Shown here in pieces: positions 23,929 through 37,300 of a DNA stretch of 64,000 bases (its first letter is position 1; each line of letters opens with the position of its first letter). A program made the position numbers and the translations under genes. The DNA comes from Takakia lepidozioides. Lineage: Eukaryota > Plantae > Bryophyta. The notes beneath the pieces were generated by a model. That model was not told the DNA's origin, ran no database searches, and saw nothing but the letters and a program-made list of their open reading frames with translations. Location: positions 90,458,001-90,522,000 of the forward strand of contig CM060731.1 in NCBI GenBank assembly GCA_030704615.1, read 5' to 3'.

Positions 23929-26900
23929 CTACTCTCCTACACCTTCCGAGGAACTTGGCCCTCCTTCTTCCTCATCCCCCTCATCCCCCCCATCCTCCGA
24001 GCTCTGTGATGCATCGGTTGCAGTATGCCTCTCAAAAATGTCGTCCTCTCCTTGGGGGACTGTCCACCTCACCTCCTGGGAATCTTCTGCCTCTTCTCCC
24101 CCACTTTCCTCAGCAGAATCCAACACAAATCTACGAGCCCGACGGGCTCTAATAGCTGCTGCCTCCTCCCTCATCTTCATTTTCTTGAGGCTTGCCTCGT
24201 CTAAAATCTGCTGTACACGACTAGGTTCGGAACACCTCCTAATGGACACCGAAGCAAGCCGGGCAGCATAAGTAGGAAGGATGTAGTCCCTTTCTGGACT
24301 AGGCATGAAATCCCCCCTGCCAAAAAAAGGCACGTTCCTCCTGCCCATGAACTCCGGTGTAGATGTCCCTCCTGCCGTACTTGGCATCCTATAGTAAGAA
24401 CAAATCCACTTCAAGAATGTCAATACCAGCAGAAGCAGAAAGGGTTTTCAATGAAATAAGAGAGCGAAGGGAGGTGCCTCATGAAATCTGGAGGCAACTT
24501 ACAATGCGACCACTCACTCGTACATCGGGGGCTCCTCGGCCTCGATCCCAACTTGTTCCCCCTGCTCCTTCTCGGATTTTTCCTCATCCTCCGAGGATGC
24601 CTCTTCCTCTTTTGGCAGACGTTCAGCCGCTGCAAGTTCCGAGTTGTGGAGGGTAGTATCTGGCTCGAAGGCGAACACATGCCTGTCGGACAACGTCCCT
24701 GCCCACATTGAAGCACCTGAGGAACAAAGCGGGCGGTTAATAGCTTGCGGCATGCAATTGCAATCGGGCCAGGGGACAAACTGAGCACGTGAAGGCTTAC
24801 CCGTGCCGCATGTGAGGTCCAGAATCCGCCCTTGGACATCCGAGCACGTCTCCATGAGGGTTTGGATGAAAGCAGGGCTCCGGGTCCGGCTGTACCGCCA
24901 CGGTTTGCCTGTCTTTGTGTCCTTCGGCATACTGGAGTGGGGCACATAGTTGTAGAGGACATGTAACAGGGTCCACAACGGCATCAACAAGACGACCGTC
25001 GTTGCGGAATTTGAACGTAGACCCTCTCTTCACAAAGCAATATGCCTCAAACACCAATGTCTGCACATCCAACAAAAGAGGGATCAACTCCGGGATCTTG
25101 TTTAGATACACTACAATATGAGGTGAATGCAATAGATTGATAACTTACACTTTGGCCCTCTGTTCGCAACCCCTGTGTATTGATGCAGAACCATTTTCTG
25201 AGGAGGACCGGGGTGACACTTTTCGGTGTCCACCTTGCCACCGCATTCTCTGTGGTCTTCCCTCTTGTGGCAAGGACAACCACACATCCACCGTCATCTA
25301 GAAGCATCCCCGCCAGCCCAAACCCGGCTTTCCAGTAGTTCGAGGTGGGCACACCATCCAGGCCCTCCAGCAGCTCCCCATCTGGAATGTCGAGGAGAAT
25401 CATGTCGCAAGCTCTCTCCACCTCAACCCCCCCCCCCCCCCCCGAGTGCTCTTGCAATCTGTGCTCATAGCCGTCAAGAATTCCATCATGGCTTCAAAAC
25501 CAGGGGTGTCTTTAGGCTCTGTACCGGCAGCCCTCTTCTTGGCTTTCCCCTTCTGCTCCGCCAGAGACTTGCTGTGTGCCACCTTCTTCGCCCTGGCAGC
25601 GAGAGCGTCAAAGAAGCTCTCATTGACGCATTGGATGATGGTTGGAGGTTCTAGCTTTGGCCTGTGCGTAAACGTCACCGCCGAATACCGCCGTGTAGGC
25701 TCGCCCTCAAATGCCAACTTCTTGGCAGAGCCAGTCCCACTCCGAACTGACTTGGGAACCCGGACGACCGGTGACTGGGTAGCAGCAACAGCAGTCGCAG
25801 GACCTTGAACAAAGTCGTCGTCCGAGTCACTCTCTTGGGTCCCCTCCTGCGCCTCCTCCGATGCCCCGATGGTTTTCTGTTTTTTGGGTGTTACTGCACT
25901 CACCTGTTTCATTGTCCTTTTCCTTTGGCCTTTACTCTTCTCATTCAATTTCTCCTGAATTCCTGCCTGAGCAAGCTCTGCCGCTTTCCTGGAGTTCGCA
26001 AGCGCTTTTGCCTCTTTTGCAACCAGCGGGGCAGCAGAGCCCGGTTTCGTCGGGCCTCAGCATCCAGCTTCAATTGAAACTCAGATGGGTCGAGCGAGCC
26101 GGGCGGAAGGTCCACATACCAAGGGCAATCACGCAAATGTTCCAGATGCCACTCCTTCACAATATCGTCTGTGTACATGGAGTCAGCCCCAGGGTTCCTC
26201 CATGCCAGGAAGAATGGTGGCTCGAAAGACAAATGACCTTTCTCCAAAAAGGAGAACTTGCAGTACCTGCATTCATGAAAAACACAATGAGGTCCCTGAA
26301 CTGCAAATTCGGCACCCTTTTCCCAGGTTGGGGCTGAGTGGGCCTAGAAATGGAAAAATGGCGCCGAATTTCGGTTTTCGGTGACTGCCACCCTAGGGAC
26401 TTAGCCATCTTGGGAGCCCTGAACTGGAAATTTGGCGCCATTTTTCCCGGTTTGGCCCGAAGATGGCTAAGTCCCAGAACGGCAATAGGGCCTAGAACTG
26501 GAAAAATGGCGCCAAATTTCCAATTCAGGGCCAGCCACCCTAGGGACTTAGCCATTTTCGGAGCCCTGACTGGAAATTCGGCGCCAATTTCCCAGGTCCG
26601 GCCTGAAAATGGCTATGTCCCAGAACGGCAATAGGGCCCAGAACTGGAAAAATGGCGCCGAATTTCCAGTTCAGGGCCAGCCACCCTAGGGACTTAGCCA
26701 TTTTTGGAGCCCTGACTAGAAATTCGGCGCCATTTTCCCAGGTCAGGCCCGAAAATGGCTAAGTCCCAGAACGGCAATAGGGCCCAGAACTGGAAAAATG
26801 GCGCCGAATTTTCCAGTTCAGGGCCAGCCACCCTAGGGACTTAGCCATTTTCGGAGCCCTGACTGGAAATTCGGCGCCATTTTCCCAGGTCCGGCCCAAA

Positions 26901-28488
26901 AATGGCTAAGTCCCATATGGCCTTGACCTGGAAAAATGGCGCCGAATTTCCAGTTCTGGGCCAGCCACCCTAGGGACTTAGCCATTTTCGGAGCCTTGAT
27001 CTGGAAATTCGGCGAAAAATGCAAGGACTGAAAGGAAGGCATCGCGTATGTACTTGTACAGAAGGCGCATTGCTGCTTTGTCCGCATTCGGCTGGTCGGT
27101 GAACGTGGCTCGGCGGGCATGTGGTATCTCCCGAAAGAATAGGTCGGTTTTGTAGAGCAGAAAGTACCTCGTCACATAGTCGCGTAGGCTCTCTGCTGCA
27201 GGAGAAATCTCCATCTTGAATTGATGTGCTTGTGTGTCTAGCTGCTCTTGCGCATTCGTCGTCACCTGTGGAGACTCTCCATCAGATCGCATTGCTGAAA
27301 AAATACAATGAATCCACCCCCTACAAGAGTAGAAGCGCCAAACGAAGCGTGGGGAAGTACCTGAAACCACCATGTCATGCGGTTCATCCACATGTCGAAT
27401 GTGGGGTCAGACAGTTTGTCCGGTTTGGGGAAGCTCAACATGTCCCTTGTACTTTGGGAACCATTCCAGATTTGGAGCCACCGGGTCTGTCCAACCACCC
27501 AGCATATTCGTAAGCGCCAAACACCACAAAAATGACTTGTTGCCACCACAATTTGGTTAAGAATGTATCACCTTTTCTGAACCATCCACACATGATGTGG
27601 CTAGACGATGGAGCTTCTCCAATGTCATCGTGGGCTTCAGAGCGCGGAAGTAGTGCTTCCCCACCTCCACCAGAAAGTCGGCACCAAGGGCGGGATCAGC
27701 TATGGCCACGTACTTTACCATCCGCGACTTGTACTTTATGCGGGCCCTCACCTCCGCAGCTTTGAGATACGATTTGAGTGCCGGGAGGGTTAGATTCTTC
27801 TCCTTTGACTCCATGTAGAACCTCCGCGCATGTGCCAAATCCTGCTGAATTTTCGTCTGTCAAGAATGCGCACATAAGATTAGAGATCCTGCTCAACATT
27901 TTTTCTTCTATTGGGGGAGGAGAGACAGATTAGCTCAACAAAACAGTCAGGAGCTTTACCCGAAATATGTAGTCCACCATGGCGTCCATGCTCAGCCTAT
28001 ACCAGGTTCTGTCTGCCTTTGCCTCCGACTTGCGCAAGAGGTCGGCACTGAGCGAATTGGCAAACTCTTGCACCCCCTGCTTCCCGACATCCTTCACTTG
28101 GAAGAGCATATGGGACAAGTTGGTGGCAATGAAGGCATTCTCAGTCACCCTGCAATGCCACATTTCCATCAAACAATTCTGAAATGGGAATTTACAACAA
28201 ATATGAGGATTCGCAATGAAATGACTTACAATCGGATGGGTCCAAAAGCAAGAGGCGTTGTAACTTACGAGTTGATGTCCGCCATTGCAGCTTTGAGAAG
28301 ACTGCAATCTTTGGGCCCCGCAACCTTCAGCACAACACACTCCACGGCGAAATGCCAATCGAGGTCGTTGGGGTGGGCTTCGGCTATGTGCTCCATCCAT
28401 GCCATGAGGCGATGATTGTCGTCCCACACGTAAAACATCTTTCCGGACAAGTGATGGAAAAGAGGATCAGTAATAATCGATCTCTCGA
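23929..28488 (-). pseudogene. Second copy of the ParB-like / amino-MTase-like cargo gene (5' deleted)
   Basis: Near-identical to 776-5200, with small indels. Confidence 0.75.
26300..27020. repeat. Intronic ~146-bp palindrome array, about one unit longer than in copy 1
   Basis: Same unit as 3165-3740. Confidence 0.9.
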
Positions 28489-28489
28489 A

Positions 28490-29284
28490 GTGCTGCCCCA
28501 TTCGGGTGGATACGAGAGCACGCTGTGGTGAGATGATTCGGAGGAACCCACACGGTGCTGTACCTGCACCTTGTTTCAGCGGCAGATTTTTGACTCTCAC
28601 ATTTGCTCACGCCACAACGCAGACGTTTTGGTTCTGTAGGCACGACATAATGACCTGTGTATTTGGCAAGCCCAAATACGGGATTCAGGGAATACCGGAG
28701 CCTCCGGGCGTCTGGCCTGTTGCACCGGGTTGCAGCCTCTCTTAGAATGAGGCGGATGCTCTATCTGCAGCAGGATTTCGAATGGTGCAATGCACAGACG
28801 TCCCGGCCCACGCATTTCCAGTTCCTCAGACCCAGCCATTGCAGACTGCTCGGTCCAGTAGAGACGGATTGGACAATTCTGCACATCCCACAATGCGATT
28901 CGGAAGAGTGAAGAGACGACACCCTCCCAACAAGTTGAATGAGACTCGGATTGCCAATGCTCTTGGGATGGCTTGCACTATTTAGAGCTCCGTGGACGTA
29001 CCTCCACTTGCCTTGGGCGTGTTTATTGGATGGCAACGGCCGGCTCGGCTGTACGCGACGATGTATACATAATTACGATTGGAGTGGAGCCGACTTGCAA
29101 TTGTACGGACTTCTCGTTGATGGAAGCAAAGAAGGGTTCAAAGTATTATCCGTGCAAGCATCTGTATTACATTTACCTGAAGAGGTTGAGGATGAACGTG
29201 ACTATTGATGACTTTATTCATGCACCGGCGTTGAGCGTGAACGAGCTGCACAAACTCCTCCTTAGGGATTCCAGAAATCATTGA
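28490..29284 (+). pseudogene. MULE transposase C-terminal region with SWIM Zn finger
   Basis: YIITIGVEPTCNCTDF...YYPCKHLYYIY (CxC..CxH). Homologous to 50850-50060 (-) and 42560-43280. Confidence 0.85.
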
Positions 29285-30199
29285 TGGGGCAAAGGGAATC
29301 CTCCATATGGATATTTTCAATTGCATTTTCATGTATCAGACTTTTTTTTGTAGTGTAATGAAATGCACCCCAAAACTCCTGGAATGAGGCAATATTCCAT
29401 TCAAACTGAGATCCAACAGAAGCAGTTGTGGGGCCATTTATGGAAAAATAGCGCCGAATTTCTCTATTTTGGGCCGAAAACTGGCTAAGTCCCAACATGC
29501 ACTGGTACCCCTGTGTCTGGAAAAATGGCGCCGAATTTCCAGTTACATGGCCCAGAACTGCCCAACATCTGTGCAATCCCCGGCACCATGTACCGAAATT
29601 CGGCGCCACATTTCCAAATTTTGGGCTTACACACCTGTCATGAGGGGACCTATAGCCGCGGAATTTGGCACCATTTTTCGCCAGAGAGACCTATTACCGC
29701 GAAATACGTCGCGATTCTTTCCGGTTACGGACCCTATTACCGCGAAATTTGGCGCCATTTTTGCACATGTCGCTGGGAATTGGCATGAGCGGAAGATGAA
29801 ATATCATGAGCACAACTCTCAAAACTACAATTTTCCCTTCAAGGTGCCGAATAATATATTTGTTTTTTTCTGACACATTGCATTAAATTAATTTTTTATA
29901 ATTTTTTTATTTTCGAAATTTGTACTTCTGCTCATGAAAACCGATTGTCTTGCTACTCCGCTCATGCCGCTCATGCTCATGAAATAGCTAACCTCCCGCT
30001 CCGCCATGCTGAGACTACAGGACATCATGCACCTCGTACTCCCCGACAATGTAGGGCCCGTCCTACACTTTAGCTTCATCCAAACATCCGGGACTAGAAC
30101 AAATATCCTAAAGAAATATCCCTCATGAGATCGGTCAAGCCCTATTGTTGGATGACCAACCTTCACCCTCCTACTCCTATTCCTTAGAATGAGCCATTC

Positions 30200-30733
30200 A
30201 CTTATTGGGGTAGGTGCTATTGTGTAAGACCCGCAACTAACCCGGCCATGGGTCGTGGGCTCTTTGCGGTGGATGAAATCCCAGTTCCCCGTGGAAGAGA
30301 TCGGACAATGGACTTGTTTCCCTATTTTGGTCCCTACTACACCTCAGCCGAGTGGGGCATATTGCGTCGGGTGGCCCCTTACATACGGCCTTTTGTTCTA
30401 TGCGTGAACAATATTGACATACGAGAGCGGATGTTGAGTCCCTCGGAGAGAATTTTTTGTGATGGCGACCCCGATGTCTTTGGCAATGTTGCAGGGCTCA
30501 TCAATAGTTCCATTGGTGACTCCAGACGAACCAATGTAGTATGGGATGAGCGACATGATGGGGATAGGAGACTAGTGCCGGCAATATCCACATTTGTCAT
30601 GACATGTGTATGTAAGACAATTAGGGTTGGATCCGAGTTGTTTGCCTCATATGATTTCTCTGAGGAGGCATGGCGACGTAGGGAGTCCCATCAGTGGGAT
30701 GTGTTCTGGAGACATGTTAGAAACAATCGGTAG
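30200..30733 (+). CDS. SET-domain protein (domain ORF intact; upstream part disrupted)
   Basis: GRGLFA, YFGPYY, DGDPDVFGNVAGLINSS, TNV, KTIRVGSELFASY correspond to SET motifs GxG, Y.G, GN..RFINHS and I..GEEL..DY. Confidence 0.8.
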   Translation, partial: TYWGRCYCVRPATNPAMGRGLFAVDEIPVPRGRDRTMDLFPYFGPYYTSAEWGILRRVAPYIRPFVLCVNNIDIRERMLSPSERIFCDGDPDVFGNVAGLINSSIGDSRRTNVVWDERHDGDRRLVPAISTFVMTCVCKTIRVGSELFASYDFSEEAWRRRESHQWDVFWRHVRNNR

Positions 30734-30878
30734 GGATTCACAATCAACCATGTTGGGTTGTTTGCAACTTGTCATGTGTTTGTGTACATATTTCTTACAA
30801 GCGACATGTCATTGCTTGAGCATTCCGTATTTACTTTCATCCTAAAAAATAAATAAAATCTTGGGCCTAACCTTTTAA

Positions 30879-32930
30879 ATGGCTGAAAGAAAAGTACCAA
30901 CACCACTAAGAATATGAAACATGCCGACGTGAATAGAACATTGTATGTACTGAAATATTGTTTTGGTCAACATTCTCTGCCTCAATGCCGGTATGAGATG
31001 GCCGGTGCCACGATGCATACTCTTCACTGCGTGCACCGGAGGACCATGAGATGAATGAGGGTGCGCGCCACCTGAATATTCCCAAAGACGTTGCAAGGGA
31101 TGTTCCCATTAATGATGAGCATGGTTTGGACATTGATGAGGTCAGAGCCCTGGAGGATCTTTTAATGAACCATTTGGGTGTCGAGGGACAACACGTTGGG
31201 GACCATCACGATACGGCCACGGTGGATGGAGAAGATCCGGGTCCAAGTGCAATGGAGGATGAGGCCAACACGCCGTTGTACAAAGGGGCCAAAGTGAGCA
31301 GGCTATCCACCATATTGTTATTGCTTAATTTGCAAATCAGGTTTGGCATAAGCAATGTTGGTATGTCTGCAATCATGCGTACTATTGGAGACTACATCCT
31401 CGCCCCCCATTTAGAGTAAAAAATGCCGCGCTCGAGAAAAGAGGCAAGACAAGTCATTGACTCGGTGGGAATGGGTTACAAAATTATCCATGCATGTCCT
31501 TGTGATCGGACCTTGTGCTATGGAGAGCATGCGCTTGCTACCACGTGTCCCCGGTGCAAAGGATCTAGATACCAAGATGATGTCCAAGGAAAGAAGATCC
31601 CACGAAAGGTAAATTATCTAATTTCCATTGTATAACTTGGTAGGGTTTTGGGTTTTGAAGGTCTGATATTGCCCGAATAATTTTGCGTTTCATAAATGTT
31701 AGTACATACAGAAGAATAAATATATGATGCATGAAATATGCAGGGAATAGGCAAATCAAATATTCATTGACATTGTTATAGGTGATGTCAGTGTAATTTA
31801 GGGTTTAGGGTCCCCCCGGGAAAGGTGTGTGGCCCCCATGATTCTCAAGCATGGAAACACACCGAGGAGAAATGGCATTTTCTGAAGGAAGATCCTATAC
31901 ATGTTAGCAGATTGTTCTCAATTCGAGAGTATATGAGAGTATAGTTGATTTTGTCATATTGCTTGTGGGTGGGGTTAGAAAATGCATTATTTTCCAATCA
32001 TCCCACGCTTGAAAGCACAATTTCAGAGTCCATCCTTTGCACAACTCATGAAGTGGCATGCGACACATCTAAGCCCCCCGGGAAAGGTGTGTGGCCCCCA
32101 TGATTCTCAAGCATGGAAACACATCGAGGAGAAATGACCTTTTCTGAAGGAAGATCCTAGACATGTCCGTCTCGGCTTGTCTATGGCTGGTGTCAATCCA
32201 TTCTCAGTCCAGTCCAGTAGCCATTCAGCTTGGCCTTTGACACTGGTTAATTACAACATCCCTCCCTATCTTGCTATCAAGAAGGGCCATATTATGTTGG
32301 CTATCATTGTTCCGGGTGAAGAACACAACTCTTTCTTGTTGCTTTACGATGTACGTGGTAGTACAATGTCGAATATATATGTAACTAAGATGATTTGTTT
32401 TGTTTTGTATCTAAAACGATATGATATGTATTGTAAATAACTTGTGTTGTAGGGAAAAAACAAGTGAAGGACATGGATGTGTATATGCGTCCATTGGTTG
32501 ACAAACTGAAGCTTTTATGGAATGGAGTTCCAGCTTATGATGCATCGGCACCCACTGGCCAACGTTCTTTTCTCTTGCGAGGGCTTTTGCTATGGACAAT
32601 GCATGACTATCCAGGTATAACTTAATTTGATATTATCTATAGTATTAATATTTCTTCTATATACCATGTGTTTGTATGTACTCGTCATGATTTTCCTTTA
32701 GTAGTTCATGTTTACAAGGTTTATTGAAATACGAGGCGCATAATGTTAAATCCCAACTAAATTCATGGTTTTGTGCAGGGCTTTCAGTTTTTCGGGACTA
32801 AGCACAAAGGGATACGCATGAGTTCATGTTGTGGGCCGGATAACCTTGATGCAAAGCATTCGGAGAATGTCGGGAAAATGATCTATCCCAACTACCGGAA
32901 ATTTCTACCTCTCTACTTTGCATGCGCAAC
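30879..32930 (+). pseudogene. CACTA/EnSpm (Tnp2/Transposase_21) transposase, multi-exon, 3' truncated
   Basis: IHACPCD..CPRC..SRY; HDSQAWKH; DPRHVRLGLSMAGVNPF..HSAWP..NYNIPP; DMDVYMRPLVD.L.LLW; WTMHDYPG. A ~90-bp segment is duplicated at 31812 and 32074. Confidence 0.92.
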
Positions 32931-33699
32931 GTCACGCATGCAAAGTTTCAAACCCAAACAAAATCATTTGCCCCCCCAAGGACGCGTTCACCCTATCAAC
33001 CAATTTTTGTTTATTAATGTGAAAGAAAATCCTCTCATGTCATTGCACCCATCAAACGGATGTGGCTCAAGCTTCACTTTTTTTCACATGTGCTTGAATA
33101 TGTGTACAACACCTGTGCAAAGATCCAGCAGAAAAAAAAAAAAAAAAAAAAAAAAACATTTGCCTCCCCAACGACGCACTCACCCTTGTACCAATTTTGA
33201 ATTTAATCGAATTTAAAATAAATATTTGCATTTATAAAATATATGATTGCCGGTTTTGAGAGGCGTAATGATTTTATTTTTGGCTCTATTTTGTTCTGTG
33301 ACATCGGGGTTTGCACCACTACATCCATGCAAAACATTGGACCAAAAAAAAAAAAAAAAAAAGAAAGAAAAAAAAGAAACACGTTTCTAGGGTCACTTTT
33401 GCAAAACTCTCTATAAAGAGTGCATGAAGTTGAAGATAACTCAACTTTAGAGTGCAAATGAGAGAACAAATATGGTTCTGGGTCCAAATGACTTTTGTTT
33501 ACTCCCAAATTTTGCAGGCACATTGTATATACTATCATTAAGCATATGGCTTGAAAATGGAATTAAAAAAAAAATCATGTGCAGGCGAAACGTAATTTTT
33601 CGTCTCTACGACACGTAGCTGCGTTCAACACTAGAATGACCCATTGAATGAACTTGGTTCAAGCTCATATTTGGTCCACATGTGCATAAGTATGTCTAG

Positions 33700-34112
33700 A
33701 TCATTAATTCAAAGTTGTAACCCACACGAGCAACAAGAAAATTATTTACATCAATCGATTAACTACATTGGTTCTCCTAGGATGACCAAAAAAACTGTTG
33801 ATGAGCCCAACAACATTTGCCGAAGATATCGGGGTCACCATCACAAAATCTGATCTCAATGGGAGACAACCCCCGTCTACGTACATCCTGTCTGTTGACA
33901 CACAAAATGCATGATAGGATGTATGGGGCTTCGAGGCGTAATATACGGAACTCCCCGGAGGGGTAGTATGGACCGTAGTAGGGAAACAAGTCCACCATGC
34001 TATTTCTCCGAGGAGGAACCACGATATCATTGACCGTGAATAAACCCCGACCCATAGCAGGGTCTGTAGCGGCTCTCACAACATACTGTCTCCCCCAATA
34101 CTCGAACTCCAC
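33700..34112 (-). pseudogene. Second SET-domain gene (paralog, frameshifted and truncated)
   Basis: YWGRQYVVRAATDPAMGRGLF...PYYGPYY...FCDGDPDIFG(fs)NVVGLINSF..RRTNVV. Confidence 0.8.
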
Positions 34113-35854
34113 ATTCTTTCGGATGGGGGTAGGAGGGTCGAGATGATTCCCCCAATAGGCTAGTGGTCCTCAGTAACATAGTCATATGCGTTTCCCATCG
34201 GGGGCGAGGATCCGGCTCAGGCCGGCCAAGCCGAAGGGGAGGAAACCTAGGGCGAAGCCGACCCCTCCTAGGGGTTCGGGGGGCACATGCACGTGGAGGT
34301 GGAGGTGGTACTGCTGGCGGAGGAGATGAAAGTGGAGGTGGTTAAGGATGTAATGTCGGAGGTGCAGCCGGGGGTACAACGTCCGGATCAGGTACTACCG
34401 GAGGTGGAACAGGCAAAGAAAGAAACAGACGGGGGGGGGGGGGGCACAATCAGCCTGCAAGCTGCTACTGCATGTACGGTGCGGATAATCATCAGATGAG
34501 GACACTGGATCAAGGGGACTGCCTGAGGAAACCGGAAGGGGGGGGTGGGCCTGCTCGTCGCCGGCCATAACGCCTACGACACCTACGATACCCCTCGACC
34601 CTACGCATCTCATCTACGTGGTGTTGGGGGAACCAACTAGTCACATTGGGCACATGCTCTGGCACAAATTCTGCAAGCAGACCGGCGCGAAATTCCTCTT
34701 GTGCAATGTGATTGCGAGCTTAGGGCATCAAGTCGTGGCTGCAATATGCGTAGTGTACGACGCATCAATACTTATGTCGTAATTCGGATTCATGTATGCT
34801 TACCAATTATACTATATTATTAGATAAACCAAATGTATTATAAATGAATGTTCATGAGAGGGGTGGGAAAAACACTCACCTTTGCCGCATCCGAAATCTT
34901 GTTCTTCTTGTAATGTTTTTCGACAATATGTGCGGGTCGCCGCTCGGTGGTCTGGTGCCGCCCGACGGTATCCGTTCCCAACACTTAGTGCACCAACACT
35001 CAATCAGGTCGGGGGGATCAAAGGTGGACGGGGTGGCCCGCGAAGGGGCAACCCGCGGCGCGCCCGACTCGATCCCGGAGGTCAAACATCCTCCGCATCA
35101 CCTAAAATTTGGCCCCGGTCCCTTCTACGATTGTGTCAGGCAGCCTATATTGGATCAAGTGCAATGGGTGGCTCCTCGCCACGAAAAACAGTCGCTCTAG
35201 GGCCACAATCGATATGTGGTACTACCTCCCCATCCTCGAGGGAGAGGGGTCGATGTTTCCTCACCATCGCATCCTAATTAACACACACCACCATCACTTT
35301 CTTTTCTCAAAAACCGTTGGCGAAAAACCCTATGTCCCTTTTCCACCCTACGACAGCAAGGGTTGCTATGCCCCAACGCCGGGAGGCCGTACCGACCCTG
35401 CAAAATATAAACTCCAAAACCCAGTATCAAAAAAATCCTATAAAGGAAAAAACAAATCCCAAAAAGACCAGTCCCACATTGCCTAAGGGCATGGGCCTTT
35501 GCCTCAGCCTCGGGACTTTCAAAATTGGTAAACAAAGGCTAAGCATCCCTATGGTGCTAGAGAGCCCAAGACAATAAATCCTTCCTCGCGTTCTATCTTT
35601 AGGATGCCCACACCATGGAAAATTTTACTGAGACCCAGCGTTTTGCGTTTATCAGATTGAACCACATTTTGGATATGTGAATCCTAATTACACCGTTTAT
35701 CCTTTCAACCCCAAGACCCACAACCAAAACCGCCAATCTAAAACCCAGCACCATAAAGAAAAACAAACACCCTAACCCAGTACCATATAAAAAAAACAAA
35801 AATGAAGAACCCCAAAAGGCCCTAAACCCTAAACCCAAAAAGGCCAGCCATCGC

Positions 35855-36100
35855 AGCCTACGACACCCCCGCGTCGCATTTTGCGATGCGTTTTTTCAAT
35901 TTTTCAGGCCGGGGGTCGCACACCACGACGGAAAGCCGTCGCGGGCGGCGACGTGTTTTTTTTAATTTGTGAGGCCGGGGGTCGCAAGCAGCGACGTCCC
36001 GCTGTCATAAATACCATGTTTACATTTCAAGAAAAAAAACGGGGTGCAGGCGTGCGACGGCCGATCGTCGCACGTAGGCCCCGCGCCTTTTTTTTTTTCT
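35855..36100. repeat. Short CGAC/GTCG-rich direct and inverted repeats, resembling CACTA subterminal repeats
   Basis: aggccgggggtcgca occurs twice; many cgac..gtcg pairs. Confidence 0.4.
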
Positions 36101-36579
36101 TAAGTGCTTGAAGCACCTCCTTCCCCCCCCGTTTTCGTTTGTTTTTTGGAAGAGAGGGAGTTCAGAGAGTGGGGTTTAGGGTGGAGGAGAAACGCACCTG
36201 CTGTTGAGCCCGAGGTGGTCGCACGGTGGAGAGGAGTTCGCCCCAACGTCGCTCCAACGCCCAAGGTAAGCACCGCCTCCTCCCTCACTTTCTCTCTTGC
36301 TCTCTTGCCCTAAGCACGGGCTGACCTCTCTCCCCCCTGTGTGGTAGAAACGCCGCACAGAGGCGAGATCTAAACAAGCTGAAGAGAGAGAGAGAGAGCC
36401 GTGGTGAGCGAGGCCCTGCAGCGGCGGGGACCCGCGCCGTTGGCAGCCGCGACAGCATGGCAGCCGCAGCAGCAGAGGTAGGTCAGGGTGGGGAGATGGT
36501 CTATGGCTTTGTCTTGTCATGTGGGATCAAGGGAAAGATGTCGAGAGTTGTCCATAAAAAAGAAGTATGACACCTCCCG

Positions 36580-37300
36580 AAGGGAGCGTAACTTATGGTG
36601 TCTCTTCACCACAAGGGCTACTGCCTTCCAGCTGAAAGGTGGACACCTTCATGACACACCAGACCGTGGTTTGAACCCACAACCACATCCAACGTGGTAT
36701 GAGCCCATTACCACTGCCATATTACAGATTCAAGATATGGACACACAAACACTTTGAGTGCCCGAGACCAAGCCCACTTGGCCAAAAAATAATCATACAT
36801 TGCAGGTGCCTGGTCAAAATAAGGCAAATAATCTTTGGAAAAGGTCCAGTAGAGCTTACCAACACTGTTTTCCAGGAGGTTTATGCCAGGTTTTGCAAAT
36901 AAAACCTCACTATGCTCCATTCCACACCAAATCCAGGCCTGAAAGAGGCCTGTCATCGCCTTATCAGGCTGCCATCTTTAAAAACAGGGCCTCCTCTTCC
37001 TTAGAACCTAACAGCCATTTGATGCCTCACCATAAACCATAACTCCTCTTTAAGGCCAAAACAGTACCTAGCTTAATAATCCACAGGCAATGCTGTCAAA
37101 TATTCAAGACAAGGTAAGGTCCAAATGTTGGGTTTCAAGAGACAAGCCTGTCAGGCCGAAGTGCTCCATCAAAGGCAGCAAAACATAAGTCAAAAGTAAG
37201 CATCAGCATGCCAAACCAGGAGCAAGTGGGCCGAAATCGGGCTACAGGCAACAGCCAAGTCAAGACGCCATACACACAAGGTTCCCTTTGCCCACATCCT
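36580..37300 (-). repeat. Dispersed repeat, possibly a decayed LINE 3' end
   Basis: 36580-36710 resembles 55517-55650, and 36900-36990 resembles 63860-63955. Confidence 0.45.

Larger units (their letters stand above)
23718..29995 (+). mobile_element. MULE-A copy 2: non-autonomous internal-deletion derivative with both ends
   Basis: Left end GGGGGTTGCTATTTCATGAGC, right end GCTCATGAAATAGCTAACCTC. The direct repeat TCCCGCTCC at 23708-23716 and 29994-30002 is an 8-9 bp TSD with ambiguous boundary. A junction at ~28488 joins the ParB exon to the transposase C-terminus. Confidence 0.9.

Noticed and set aside
22700-36100. CACTA termini delimiting the SET/transposase element
   Set aside because: No matching CACTA...TAGTG pair with a 3-bp TSD was found, so SET-inside-element remains an inference.
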